64,000 nt of DNA from Sulfolobales archaeon (GCA_038867615.1 JAWBYA010000002.1:320001-384000), one strand, 5' to 3'; shown: positions 10,935 through 21,525, counted from the stretch's first letter. Notes: a model not told the origin generated them from the sequence alone. Made by a program: numbers and translations.

Positions 10935-11873
10935 CTATGTGGTTCTCCTAGACAAGTTGCTCGGAATTACCCTGTTATATAGATATAGTAGGTAGGGGAT
11001 AGCATTGCCTATTATTATTACCTGTGCAGCTATCAAGTGGAGCGGTAGATAGATCCCTGGGGCCCATGCATAGTGGGAGGCTCTGTAGAGCAGGGCTAAG
11101 CCTAGCAGGGGTTGGAATAGCGATGCTATTAGAGCCGCTGTCGACCATGCATCTCTGGATCTCCTTAAAGCATATGCCGCTAGTGTTAGCAGCACCGCAG
11201 CTAGGCCTGATAATACGTGTACCTTAACCACAATATCTATTACCGAGCCTGTAGATAGGGAAAATAGATCGCTTGGTAGTGGTTTCTGTGTTGTCTTTGT
11301 ATAGCCAAGCATATACGCTCCTAGAAAAGCTGCTATCAAGCCCCATGCCGAGGCTCCTCTATGCAGGATCACAGCTATTCTTCTCTCTTCCGAGATTTTA
11401 ACCCGTAATCCGTGATCCAGAATCCCTACCACCATAGCAACAGAACCTATTGTGAGCATTGCTAGGAGATTGTTGAGAGAATATATGAGAGAGGCCATGG
11501 GTTGCTCAATATATCCACCCAATGCCAAGAGGATCATCCTCCCAGTTATAGCGGTTAGAGTAAGGAATAGAACGGATAGCAAGGCTGAAAAGAAGATATA
11601 CGGATAGCTCCTCCTAATCCTTGAGGCTATGATGGCGAGGATAATGAGAAAAGGCGCTGATAATACTGTGAGTATCCTATGTAGAGGCTCTAGACTCCCC
11701 TGTAGAAGAATTCTGATCAGCTTAACAGGCTCGGAGGGCCACTCAATACCTAGATCAAAGCCCTGGCCAAGCCCGCTGACCAAGCCCCCCACAAAGCTCA
11801 GGATCAACAACTCTGCCAACGAGACAAAAGCCACCAGACGGGCGGCTTGGAGCCTATCCAGCATAAGCCTCAC
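10935..11873 (-). CDS. Heme A synthase (COX15/CtaA)-like integral membrane protein
   Basis: About 8 TM; EWP loop followed by EPLHR; further TM histidines (KVHVLSG, PLHLIAA); lacks the usual Cys pair. Confidence 0.55.
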   Translation of the reverse strand: MRLMLDRLQAARLVAFVSLAELLILSFVGGLVSGLGQGFDLGIEWPSEPVKLIRILLQGSLEPLHRILTVLSAPFLIILAIIASRIRRSYPYIFFSALLSVLFLTLTAITGRMILLALGGYIEQPMASLIYSLNNLLAMLTIGSVAMVVGILDHGLRVKISEERRIAVILHRGASAWGLIAAFLGAYMLGYTKTTQKPLPSDLFSLSTGSVIDIVVKVHVLSGLAAVLLTLAAYALRRSRDAWSTAALIASLFQPLLGLALLYRASHYAWAPGIYLPLHLIAAQVIIIGNAIPYLLYLYNRVIPSNLSRRTT

Positions 11874-11900
11874 ATATAACTAGCTCTTCCTAAAGATATA

Positions 11901-12710
11901 TCATAGGATCTCGATCTTAAAGCCATTGGGATCGATTATAATACCCCTAGCCCCGCATAGAGATTCACTGATAAGCTGAACATTTTCTAGCTTAACACCC
12001 ATATCATTAAGATTGACTGCATAGCTCTTAAGCCCAGAGCCAGGGCTTGGCGTAGGTATAGGCCAATTATTAATAGCAACGTGGTGATGGTAATCACCAT
12101 AGGCTAGGAACCTTGCACCGAACCAGACTCCCGTGAGTCTCATGCCAAGCACATCTGAATAGAAACCGCCGGCGAGACCGGGGTTCGTGCCTCTTAAATG
12201 AATATGCCCAAAGAGGGTACCGCTGGGGATATAGTCCCTTCCACCGAATCTCCTCCCATAGAGTACGAGATCATCTATATCTAGAGGTAGTGTGTCCATC
12301 ACTACATGGCCTTTAGAATCCCTAGCCCATCTAGTCTTATCCCTATCGCTGTAGATCTCGATCCCTATGTTATCCGGATCCCTTATATACACAGCCTCCG
12401 AGACCAGATGATCAGCGTATCCCTCGATATTATCCCATCTATCCAGCACCTTCTCCAAGAGTGCTCCTAGATCGGCTCTGCTTGGTAATAATAACGCGAA
12501 GTGATATATATAGTTCTCCTTGTTATATGGTAGTCGATCCTCCTCTAGATACACAATACACCTATCAGCACCTCTGGGTGTAAGGCACACATAGCTCTCG
12601 AGGCTCTTAACCTCAAAACCCAACACCTCTTTATAGAAGGTGATAGAGCTATCTATGCTCCTCACAGCTAAGTGCAGATGATCCATGGGCCATGTCATCA
12701 GCAACACCAC
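11901..12710 (-). CDS. VOC/glyoxalase family protein, CatE (catechol 2,3-dioxygenase)-like
   Basis: HLHLAV, YHFALLLPSR, ADHLVSEAVYIRDPDNIGIEIY, GHIHL, YHHHVAIN. Confidence 0.85.
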   Translation of the reverse strand: MVLLMTWPMDHLHLAVRSIDSSITFYKEVLGFEVKSLESYVCLTPRGADRCIVYLEEDRLPYNKENYIYHFALLLPSRADLGALLEKVLDRWDNIEGYADHLVSEAVYIRDPDNIGIEIYSDRDKTRWARDSKGHVVMDTLPLDIDDLVLYGRRFGGRDYIPSGTLFGHIHLRGTNPGLAGGFYSDVLGMRLTGVWFGARFLAYGDYHHHVAINNWPIPTPSPGSGLKSYAVNLNDMGVKLENVQLISESLCGARGIIIDPNGFKIEIL

Positions 12711-12723
12711 TACTATCTACTAA

Positions 12724-13152
12724 CTAAATATATGGCGAGGGTGTTTTTCCAAGCCTCCTTAGGATCAGATCCCTTGGGTCTGCAAGCATCTCAGCTATCC
12801 TAGAGGCCCTGCTACCCTTTCCAAAAACCCTCTCCACAATCTCCATCGATATCCTTCTAACCTCCCTCTCATCAAGTATCCCCATTATGTGGAGATACTC
12901 GTGAAGCATAACAACAAAGAGATACTCTGTTGAGGCATCAACGCCCTCAGCATCTATAAAGCTTCGATAAGCGTCAGCATTTATCTTTATAATTCTAGAG
13001 CCTAGCTCAACATATCCCAGAACACCCCGCCCTGCCTTAACAAAAGCAACACCAGCTTCACCAGGATCTCTCCCAAAATAATCCCTTATAGCCTTCCTAA
13101 CACTCAATAGAATCATCCTCACATCCAGCGGTCTAGAGATAGAAGGTGGCAT
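12724..13152 (-). CDS. Small zincin-like (HExxH) metallopeptidase-fold protein
   Basis: VMLHEYLHIMG..DEREVR; start placed at MPPSIS (13152) because the ORF-track extension overlaps the divergent promoter region. Confidence 0.6.
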   Translation of the reverse strand: MPPSISRPLDVRMILLSVRKAIRDYFGRDPGEAGVAFVKAGRGVLGYVELGSRIIKINADAYRSFIDAEGVDASTEYLFVVMLHEYLHIMGILDEREVRRISMEIVERVFGKGSRASRIAEMLADPRDLILRRLGKTPSPYI

Positions 13153-13307
13153 TAGGAAACACCTAACTATTATTCTGGTAACACGCTTTATAAGTAGACA
13201 ATATAGAGAACTATAGCAAGGCAGAATAGTAGAAGAGTTCCGTGTGTATTCTAGCTTGATAGTGTGGATATTATTTGCCATAGGCTCTAAGTACTTTTGG
13301 TGGGGGC

Positions 13308-14009
13308 ATGGTTTCTCAACACATACTCGATGACATAGCCAGGAGGATAGCTGGTGATATTATCTGGAGCAATGACATATCGCTCGGGCTTAGAAAGTGG
13401 AGAGAGATCTTTGGTGCGGCTAGAAGCGATATAGCCAAGCTCATGGGGGTTTCTCAGAGCGTTATTAGCGATTATGAGAAGGGTAGGAGGATCCCTGGTG
13501 CAAAGTTTGTTAGGAGATATGTGGAGAGTCTCTTAAAATTCGATGCTGCTAGGGGTTACCAGTCTGTGAAAAGCCTAGCGAGGTCTTTTAATCTTAACAT
13601 AGAGGCTGTGATAGATTCGAGAGAGTTCGAGGTCCCTATGTCAATCGATACCCTTATAACCAGGGTAAAGGGTGTTCTTTTGAACGCCACCTATAAGGAT
13701 AGAGAGCTGTATGGCTATACAGTGATAGACTCGATCAAAGCCATATCAACCCTCTCGGGCAACGAGTTCTGGAACATAATGGGAATGACATCCGAGAGGG
13801 CACTTATATTCACCAGCGTAACAACCGGTAGGTCTCCAATGATAGCAATAAGAGTAGCGCCTGTAAAGCCCGCATCTGTAGTTCTACACGGGACTAAGAG
13901 GGTAGATCCTCTGGCTATCTATCTAGCAGAGTCAGAGGGGATCCCGCTTATATTATCAACAGCTGAGAGTGTTGATGAGATTATAAGCAGTTTGAGGAGC
14001 TATCAATAA
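13308..14009 (+). CDS. Archaeal XRE-type HTH transcriptional regulator (COG1709-like)
   Basis: RIAGDI, LRKWREIFG..SVISDYEKGRR.PG, GYTVIDSIKAI, TGRSPMIAIRV. Confidence 0.85.
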   Translation: MVSQHILDDIARRIAGDIIWSNDISLGLRKWREIFGAARSDIAKLMGVSQSVISDYEKGRRIPGAKFVRRYVESLLKFDAARGYQSVKSLARSFNLNIEAVIDSREFEVPMSIDTLITRVKGVLLNATYKDRELYGYTVIDSIKAISTLSGNEFWNIMGMTSERALIFTSVTTGRSPMIAIRVAPVKPASVVLHGTKRVDPLAIYLAESEGIPLILSTAESVDEIISSLRSYQ

Positions 14010-14046
14010 GAGCAAGATTCTGAGGAAAAGCAAAAGACCATGGCAA

Positions 14047-15180
14047 CTATAGCTGCACGAGTTCAACCATTCTTTGAACAACCTTTAAACCGGATCCTGT
14101 GAGGATCACCATAGCTCTCTCGAAGGCAGATCCCGACTCAACGGATCTAAGCAACCCTGCCAGAGACACAGCTGAGGTAGGCTCTACAATCACCCCCCTG
14201 GATATAAGCTCTTTCAACGCCCCCTTGATCTCCTGGTTGCTCACAACAACAACATCGCCTTTACTATCATTCACAGCATCAACGATCTCTCTAAGCCTCG
14301 GCGGTCTCTTTATAGATATACCGTCAGCCAGGTTCTCCTCATCCGGCTCTAGCTCTCCACCCTTCATGGCAGTATATATTGGGTGGAAGCTTCTGGTCTG
14401 AACTGCTATGAGTCTTGGGATCCTATCCCTATACCCCAGCCTAACGAGATCTTTAAAACCCCTGTATAGTCCCAATAGAAGCGTCCCACTCGATGTTGGT
14501 ACAAAGATAGCTTCTGGTAGTTCATCGACTTGATAGTGTATCTCAAAGGCTATTGTTTTCATAGCCTCTATATGGTGGGGTAACCACGTGTGGGGTAAAT
14601 ATGCACCCGACCTCTCAATAGCTATTCTAGGAGCAAGAGCAGCGGCGTGTTCCCTATCCCTTGCGATCACGACATCGGCGCCACACAGCCTGATAAGATC
14701 CAGCTTACCTTTAGGAGCAGTTGATGGTGCTACTATTATTGGTGAAACGCCATGTGTTTTTGAATAACACGCAGTAGCTATCCCAGCATTTCCCGACGAA
14801 TCCTCGACTACAGCCTTAGCATCCATCGAGAGAGCCATCGATACTGCTAGTGCTGCTCCACGATCCTTAAAACTACCCGTGGGATTCTGGCTCTCCATCT
14901 TGGCCATAATCTTCATATTATTTACCCTCAAATCAACGATCCTTGTTAACCCCTCGCCAAGGGTTGCCCTATACCTATATCTCGGTAAAAGCTGCTGGAA
15001 GCACCATATACCGTCTCTACATCTAATAATATCCCTTAGCTCTGGGAGTATATCGCCTCTCCTATACTCCAAATCCAGTGGAGAACCACACTTAGGACAC
15101 ATATATATATTGAGCTCTTCGCTTAAACTCCAGCCACAGGATCTACATTTAAGAACGTTACCACTAGCCAAGCTCTCCAA
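14047..15180 (-). CDS. Threonine synthase-like PLP-dependent enzyme (fold type II)
   Basis: N-terminal CxxC...CPxC, TLGEGLT, NPTGSFKDRG, DSSGNAG, VEPTSA, LTGSGLK. Confidence 0.85.
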   Translation of the reverse strand: MESLASGNVLKCRSCGWSLSEELNIYMCPKCGSPLDLEYRRGDILPELRDIIRCRDGIWCFQQLLPRYRYRATLGEGLTRIVDLRVNNMKIMAKMESQNPTGSFKDRGAALAVSMALSMDAKAVVEDSSGNAGIATACYSKTHGVSPIIVAPSTAPKGKLDLIRLCGADVVIARDREHAAALAPRIAIERSGAYLPHTWLPHHIEAMKTIAFEIHYQVDELPEAIFVPTSSGTLLLGLYRGFKDLVRLGYRDRIPRLIAVQTRSFHPIYTAMKGGELEPDEENLADGISIKRPPRLREIVDAVNDSKGDVVVVSNQEIKGALKELISRGVIVEPTSAVSLAGLLRSVESGSAFERAMVILTGSGLKVVQRMVELVQL

Positions 15181-15291
15181 ACACTTCCCAGGATAAAGTC
15201 TATCCTGGGGATTTATTACCGTGTTTTATTTGCAGATGATCTATAGGGTTACTATAGGTCATAACAGACAATCCCGGTTTTGAAGCCTGAC

Positions 15292-15918
15292 TTATATAGA
15301 GATCTCTGTTGATCTCCCAGTAGGATCGTCTATTATGAGTGTGAAGCTTTCCTCACCCTTCATAGCCCTCTTCATCCACTCAACCACCTCTCTACATTTA
15401 ACAGGATTCTCGGTGTCGCCGCACAGAGGCTCTAGATGATCTATGTATTTTTCTAGAATACCATCCACGGTAAGTATCTCGTCAACAGCAGCAGATCTAG
15501 GAGTGCTTATAAGCCCGATCTCAGGGATCATTATCGTAGCACTTCTAGACCTCATAATAACCCTGGAGAGATCCTCATACCCCTTGACTCTGATCACGAG
15601 CATCCTCTCGCCACCTATGTTTTCTGGTATCTCGTCAAAATATCTATATCCTTTCCCTGGGCATATCACTATTACAGAGATCTGCGGACCCGCTACAGGA
15701 TCAGTCCGTTTCACGATCCTCATAAAGCCACCTGAGCCACACTCAGGATCATCCACAGGCATCTCAACCATAGGTTCTATAGCAATGCTATCAAAGCCTT
15801 CCGATCCTGTCTCGTTCACAACTACATACCCATTAAATATATACATCACGAGGCTAGTTAAGCATGAGACAGATCTGATAGGTCTATATAGCGGGTAGAT
15901 ATATAGCATAAATAGCAA
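15292..15918 (-). CDS. ZPR1-related protein (true start probably downstream of ORF-track start)
   Basis: DLSRVIMRSRSATIMIPEIGL, TVDGILE, FTLIIDDPTGRS; zinc-finger positions degenerate (DPECG...CPGKGYR). Confidence 0.8.
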   Translation of the reverse strand: MLFMLYIYPLYRPIRSVSCLTSLVMYIFNGYVVVNETGSEGFDSIAIEPMVEMPVDDPECGSGGFMRIVKRTDPVAGPQISVIVICPGKGYRYFDEIPENIGGERMLVIRVKGYEDLSRVIMRSRSATIMIPEIGLISTPRSAAVDEILTVDGILEKYIDHLEPLCGDTENPVKCREVVEWMKRAMKGEESFTLIIDDPTGRSTEISI

Positions 15919-16025
15919 TATATATTCTTACTTACGTATTATAAAATTATAAGGATCTAGTAGGGGAGCCAATACAGGCTACGTAGATCTTCGTGGAATC
16001 CATAACCGTTTGTAGATGCTATGGG

Positions 16026-16469
16026 TTAGTTTTCTGCCGTTGTTCCGCTCTCTTCGATGATCCCGAGTCTTCTGAGCCTTGAGGCCATAGAACCCCATCT
16101 AGCCTTGAACTTGCGAGGAGCAAGCGGTCTTACCCTCTTTACATCAGATCTCGGGATATATCCTTTCTCCATCCCTGGTAGTGCAAATGTACCGTCTGGC
16201 ATCTCTATGATCTCGTCGTTCTCTATAAGCTTTATCAGAACCTTCCTAAGTCTATCCTCACCAGCAAGACCGCTGAAGTATGTCCTAAGCTCTTTCCATG
16301 ATATGGGTTTCCCGTTTTCCGCGATCTTCTTCTTAACAAGATCTATGAGCTCTTCATCGTCCGGAGCTCTCATAACCACTATATCCTCGTCTTCATACAC
16401 AACATTCCTCGATCCCTCCTCTTTCTTGCCTTTACCCTCCCTCCTCTTTTCAGGCACAGTTCCTCCCAT
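16026..16469 (-). CDS. Hypothetical protein, probable winged-helix DNA-binding fold
   Basis: KPISWKELRTYFS..GEDRLRKVLIKLIENDEIIEMPDGTF resembles wHTH helices plus wing; basic C-terminus; codon-like composition. Confidence 0.6.
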   Translation of the reverse strand: MGGTVPEKRREGKGKKEEGSRNVVYEDEDIVVMRAPDDEELIDLVKKKIAENGKPISWKELRTYFSGLAGEDRLRKVLIKLIENDEIIEMPDGTFALPGMEKGYIPRSDVKRVRPLAPRKFKARWGSMASRLRRLGIIEESGTTAEN

Positions 16470-17156
16470 ATTATATTATCCCCCGCATTTTATAAATTTA
16501 TTATATCAGTTATCCCTTCCAAGCGGAGATCGATAAACTGGACAGACGTATAATTACATGGTGTCCGTTAAACCTTTTAAAACCAAGATATTCATATACA
16601 TTATTATTAATATATTATTTAAAATATATCAATAGACACTGTATTCAACCTTGCCACCCAGAACCGTTGTACATCATTATCGACGAACCATCTAGAAAAC
16701 CTGTGAATATGTTCTGAACTACACACATCAAAACCCCTTAAACGACTCGCACGGCCTTCTCCCTCTCTGCTAGCCTAAATGAGGGCCTTTAGGAAATTTG
16801 ATCTATAGCCACGGAGTTATTACCAGGAGCTTGGAAGCTGTTTTTGTAGTAGTTGTTCTTGGTACACTTCGCTCCTCCTCCGGTTCCCTAGCCTTAGAGT
16901 CCCTCTTTCACCAGAGCCCTTATCCTCAGCCCGCACCAACCCAGGATAGCCTTATCATAGTAGATCGTCTCTTCTCAATCCTATAGTAGATCGACACAAT
17001 AGGCCATGACATGCTTCGAACCAGGCACCATGTTGCCTGGGTAGAAGCCCCTGTTATAGAAGAGAAACAAATAATACCACAAAAAGGGCTGTAAAGCAAA
17101 TAATAGAGTGCAGAATATATATTTCTGCCATTTAGCTTATTATTAGGCTACCAACT

Positions 17157-19895
17157 ATGGTTAAACTTGGAGAGCCGTCTGAGTATAGGCTTAGGTATTT
17201 TATAGACAGTGGATTTAGACGAGCCATATGTAGATCCTGTAATACGCCTTTCTGGAGCAGAGGGTCTCATGAAACCTGTAACGACACACCATGTAGTGAA
17301 TACAGGTTCTTCGACATAGATCTCAAACTAACCGGGCTTAGCTATGAGAAAGCACTCGAAACATTCCTCAAATTTTTTGAGAAGGAAGGTCACAGGGTTA
17401 TAGAGCCTGCACCTGTTGTTGCGAGGTGGAGAGAGGATCTGTATCTCACCATAGCATCTATAGTAGTGTTTCAACCCCATGTAACATCTGGAAAAGTACC
17501 TCCACCAGCCAATCCCCTGGTTATAGCCCAGCCGTGTATAAGGCTTGAGGATATAGATAACGTTGGCAGAACCTTTGGAAGGCATATGACTAACTTCACC
17601 ATGGGGGGCCACCACGCATTTAACTATAAGGATAAGCATCTCTACTGGAAAGACGAGACTGTAGAATATGCAAGGAGATTCTTTGTAGACCTAATGGGCG
17701 TACCAGACGAGGAGCTCACATTCAAGGAGAGCTGGTGGGAGGGTGGAGGCAACGCAGGGCCAAGCCTAGAGGTAACGGTGGGAGGGCTCGAGGTTGCTAC
17801 ACTGGTATTCATGCAGTACGAGGTGAGGGAAGACGGAACCCTGGTGGAGCTCCCCCTAAAGATAGTTGATACCGGCTACGGTATCGAGAGGATCGCGTGG
17901 CTCTCTCAAAAATCACCAACAGCCTTCCATGCTGTCTATGGAAGAGATCTTGTCTCTGAGTTTCACCGAATACTCGGTATCCCAGAGGCCAGAGGGGATC
18001 TCCTGATCCTAGCTTCTAGGAAAGCTGGTAGGATAGACCCCGACGACCCCTCATCGATCAAGCGCCTATTTTCCGAAATAGCCAGAGAGACTGGGTATAG
18101 TGAGAAAACAGTTGAAGAGGAGCTGGGCGGAGCTATCAATGTCTATTCCGTGATAGACCATACCAAAACGATCGCATTGATGCTAAGCGACGGGATAGTG
18201 CCATCCAACAGTGGTGAGGGTTACCTTGCAAGACTTGTTGCGAGAAGAACTATGAGGACGCTTAGAAGGCTTGGGATCGATGTGTCCTTAGCAAAGCTAG
18301 TGGATCTCCAGGTAAGAAGATGGGGAGATCTATACCCCAGGCTAAGAAGATCCAGATCGTATGTCTTAGAAGCCACAGAACTAGAGGAAGAAAGGTTCAG
18401 GGATATTATTAGGAAAGCGCCAGCCATTATTGCTAGATACCAGAGAGGAGGTCTCTCCACCGAAGACCTGGTAGAGATCTATGACAGCCACGGAGTGCCT
18501 CCCGAGATAATAGAGGAAGAGATGAGGAGCAGAGGAGTAGAGATCTCATTGCCGCATAACTTCTACTCAATAGTAGCCTCAAGACATATGAGAGCACCTG
18601 TTAAAAAGAAAGAGGAGATCGAAAAAGAGATTGCTGAGTGGGCATCAAGATTCAACCCAACCAGAAGACTCTTCCACGAAGACCCATATATGAAGAGCTT
18701 CTCAGCAGAGATTCATGGGATCAGAGGGGATCTTGTGATCCTCGACGCAACCTGCTTCTACCCAACAGGAGGAGGACAGAGAAACGATACAGGGCTCTTA
18801 GTCATAGGAGATCTCAGGGTACGTGTTACAGATGTATTCAAAATAGGTGATGTAGTCATACATAGGGTCGATAGAAAGCTACCAGAAGATCTTGTCGGCT
18901 CTAATGCTGAAGGGATTATTGACTGGGAGAGAAGATACAGGATAATGAGACACCACACAGCAACACACGCGCTACTAGGAGCCCTCAGAAAGATCTATGG
19001 GGATCATGTGTGGCAAGCAGGAGCCGAGAAGACGGAGGAGAAGGGCAGGCTTGACATAACCCATCATCTATCCATAGGAAGGGATGATGTAAAGAAGATA
19101 GAAGCTGCTGTCAACAAGATCATCGATGAAAGGAGACCTGTGAGAGTCAAGTATATGGATAGATATGAGGCTGAGAATAAGTATGGGTACTCGATATACC
19201 AAGGAGGAGTCCCCCAAGAGAAGATCCTCAGGATAGTTGAGATCGATGACTGGGATGCTGAAGCATGCTTTGGAACCCATCTAGCCAACACAGGTGAAAT
19301 AGGGGGTTTCAAGATAGTTAATGTCGAGAGAATCGCCGACGGTGTGCTTAGGTTCGAATACGTAGCTGGCACCAGATCTGCTGAGCAGATGTCCCTATAC
19401 GAGGATATACTGGATAGAATATCTAGAATAACCGGCGGGGGTGTTCGCGACGATCTAGTGAGGAGGGTTGAGGCTCTCAACACACAGCTAGAGAAGGCTA
19501 AGGGTACTCTCTCAGCATATAGAACTGAGTGGATTAGGAGCAAGATAGCGGAGGCTAGAAGTGCTGCTGAGAACATAGGTATGGCGAAGCTATATGTCAT
19601 AACAAACCCACCAGAGGTCGAGGGTGGAAGAGAGATCCTGAAGATCCTGAGCCAGGATGAGGGTTACATAGCCCTTATGATAGTACAGTCGGGCGATGAA
19701 AGCAACATAGAGGTCTCTGTATCAAGGGATATATTGGGTAAAATTGCTGCCAACAGTCTTGTAGATAGGATCTCGAGGATCCTTGGTGGTAGGGGAGGGG
19801 GCAGCAGCTCCCATGCTACTGGGAGGATCAGGGCTGATGCCGATACAATACTAAGGGTTCTTAGAAATGTCGCTAGAGAAATGCAGCAATCTTGA
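17157..19895 (+). CDS. alaS: Alanine--tRNA ligase
   Basis: ARWREDLYLTIASI, QPCIR, VDTGYGIER, HTATH and CFGTH editing motifs, C-terminal GGRGGG. Confidence 0.97.
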   Translation: MVKLGEPSEYRLRYFIDSGFRRAICRSCNTPFWSRGSHETCNDTPCSEYRFFDIDLKLTGLSYEKALETFLKFFEKEGHRVIEPAPVVARWREDLYLTIASIVVFQPHVTSGKVPPPANPLVIAQPCIRLEDIDNVGRTFGRHMTNFTMGGHHAFNYKDKHLYWKDETVEYARRFFVDLMGVPDEELTFKESWWEGGGNAGPSLEVTVGGLEVATLVFMQYEVREDGTLVELPLKIVDTGYGIERIAWLSQKSPTAFHAVYGRDLVSEFHRILGIPEARGDLLILASRKAGRIDPDDPSSIKRLFSEIARETGYSEKTVEEELGGAINVYSVIDHTKTIALMLSDGIVPSNSGEGYLARLVARRTMRTLRRLGIDVSLAKLVDLQVRRWGDLYPRLRRSRSYVLEATELEEERFRDIIRKAPAIIARYQRGGLSTEDLVEIYDSHGVPPEIIEEEMRSRGVEISLPHNFYSIVASRHMRAPVKKKEEIEKEIAEWASRFNPTRRLFHEDPYMKSFSAEIHGIRGDLVILDATCFYPTGGGQRNDTGLLVIGDLRVRVTDVFKIGDVVIHRVDRKLPEDLVGSNAEGIIDWERRYRIMRHHTATHALLGALRKIYGDHVWQAGAEKTEEKGRLDITHHLSIGRDDVKKIEAAVNKIIDERRPVRVKYMDRYEAENKYGYSIYQGGVPQEKILRIVEIDDWDAEACFGTHLANTGEIGGFKIVNVERIADGVLRFEYVAGTRSAEQMSLYEDILDRISRITGGGVRDDLVRRVEALNTQLEKAKGTLSAYRTEWIRSKIAEARSAAENIGMAKLYVITNPPEVEGGREILKILSQDEGYIALMIVQSGDESNIEVSVSRDILGKIAANSLVDRISRILGGRGGGSSSHATGRIRADADTILRVLRNVAREMQQS

Positions 19896-20589
19896 CCATA
19901 GAGTGCTCGAGGCTGCCAGAGATTATAGATACCTATTAGACAGAGGATATCCTAGAAAACCCTCGCTGGATCTTGTGGTATCTAGATATATTCTCAGTAG
20001 GGTTGAGAGATCGCTTCTCCTAAGATGTGTCCATGATAGTGCGTACTCATTAAAGATCCTCAGGAGCTCTATCTCAAGCAATGAGATCCGTGGAATCCCC
20101 CTCATAATAGATCTTCTCAACGTGTGCACAACAATAATAGCATTCCTAGAGGGCGAATGCCTATACCTATGCGACGATGGCTTCGTGAGGGATCTCGGAG
20201 GCTCTAGATATTGGAGGGGGAAGAAGGGGAGGGTTGCAGAGGCCCTGAGACTCATTACGGATCATTTAACGTTGCTTATGCCTAGAAAGATATATCTAGT
20301 TATAGATAGAAAAGCTCCAATGAGTCTCAGCATACTCGCACATGCGGAAGATATGATGAAGAAAACACTCTCAGCAGATGTGAACGGTGTAGTTGATAAT
20401 AAGGCCGACAGGAGGATCATAGATCTCGAGAGATCCGTGGTTAGCGAAGGAGGAGCTGTGGCGACAAGCGATGCAGTGATCCTTGAAAGAGTTAGCCGGG
20501 CATACGATCTCGCTGGGAAGATAGTGACCGACAAGGATCAGCCTAGAGTCAACAGATCCATATATGATCTTTTTCACCGCAACCCATAA
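19867..20589 (+). CDS. DUF434 domain-containing protein (PIN-like C-terminus)
   Basis: EAARDYRYLLDRGYPRK.SLDLV..RY, DDGFVRDL, ATSDAVIL. Confidence 0.8.
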   Translation: MSLEKCSNLDHRVLEAARDYRYLLDRGYPRKPSLDLVVSRYILSRVERSLLLRCVHDSAYSLKILRSSISSNEIRGIPLIIDLLNVCTTIIAFLEGECLYLCDDGFVRDLGGSRYWRGKKGRVAEALRLITDHLTLLMPRKIYLVIDRKAPMSLSILAHAEDMMKKTLSADVNGVVDNKADRRIIDLERSVVSEGGAVATSDAVILERVSRAYDLAGKIVTDKDQPRVNRSIYDLFHRNP

Positions 20590-20729
20590 ACCTAGACATA
20601 TCCTCTTTAACAGAGACCAAGAGCCGCTGGGAGACGGTGTAGGGAAGGGGGAGCATCGCCAGCCTTCTAGACCCGTGATCTATCGCTTATAAGCCGGAGA
20701 GGAGAGATATTAAGAGGTGTAGCAGTAGG

Positions 20730-21503
20730 ATGGCAGTATTTTACGGGTTTAAGACGGATTTCGATGAATATGAGAGACAGGCTCTCAGAGAAGCCCTAAG
20801 CGATATGAAAGGAACAGTCACACTCATGCTATTCCTAAGCGATAGATGTGATTTTTGTAAACAGACAAGGCAGATGCTCGAGACAATAAGAGACGAGGCG
20901 CCGGAGGTTGGTGGAAAGAAACTAATCGATCTCAAGATCTATGAGGAGGAGGTTGATACCGATGAGGTAAAGAAATACAATGTGAATAGATATCCAACCA
21001 TACTGCTTCTAGATGGTGCTATAAGGTACTATGGGATCCCTGCTGGAGAGGAGATCAGGGCATTCGTCGAGACCGTGATAAGGATAAGCCAGGGTGAGAG
21101 CGGACTTAGTAGAGAAACGATAGAGGGGATAAAGAAGATCCCTGGAGACGTTGTGATCGAAACAATCGTGACGCCATCATGCCCCTACTGCCCATACGCA
21201 GTTCTCATGGCCAACATGTTTGCATTCGAATCGTATAGAGCTGGTCTTAATAACGTTGTGTCAATAGTTGTTGAGGCCTATGAGAACATGGATATAGCGC
21301 AGAGATATGCCGTGAGCTCGGTTCCCTCTATGGCCATTAATGGTAGAGTTGAATTTATAGGCGTCCCGTACGAGGATCAATTGCTAGAGGTTCTTATCAG
21401 AAGGGCTAGGCCTAGGCAGAAGATCAAAAGCGATGCAAAGCTAAAGGATATTATAAGGGACGTCATAAAAGAGATCGATAAGGAAGAAGAGAAGAGAAGC
21501 TAG
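20730..21503 (+). CDS. Protein disulfide oxidoreductase (two thioredoxin folds)
   Basis: CDFC and CPYC active sites, YYGIPAGEE, VSSVP cis-Pro loop. Confidence 0.92.
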   Translation: MAVFYGFKTDFDEYERQALREALSDMKGTVTLMLFLSDRCDFCKQTRQMLETIRDEAPEVGGKKLIDLKIYEEEVDTDEVKKYNVNRYPTILLLDGAIRYYGIPAGEEIRAFVETVIRISQGESGLSRETIEGIKKIPGDVVIETIVTPSCPYCPYAVLMANMFAFESYRAGLNNVVSIVVEAYENMDIAQRYAVSSVPSMAINGRVEFIGVPYEDQLLEVLIRRARPRQKIKSDAKLKDIIRDVIKEIDKEEEKRS

Positions 21504-21525
21504 CTATTATTATTGTTTTGTTTTA

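Noticed and set aside
15235-15290. Possible C/D sRNA (ATGATC...CTGA)
   Set aside because: Box C is imperfect and no internal D'/C' pair is found
16026-16469. WhiP replication initiator
   Set aside because: Too short and lacks the recalled WhiP SSYLSYW-type motif
20610-20680. GC-rich intergenic segment with a GCTGG/CCAGC stem (tRNA or H/ACA?)
   Set aside because: No cloverleaf, T-loop or convincing ACA/k-turn motif
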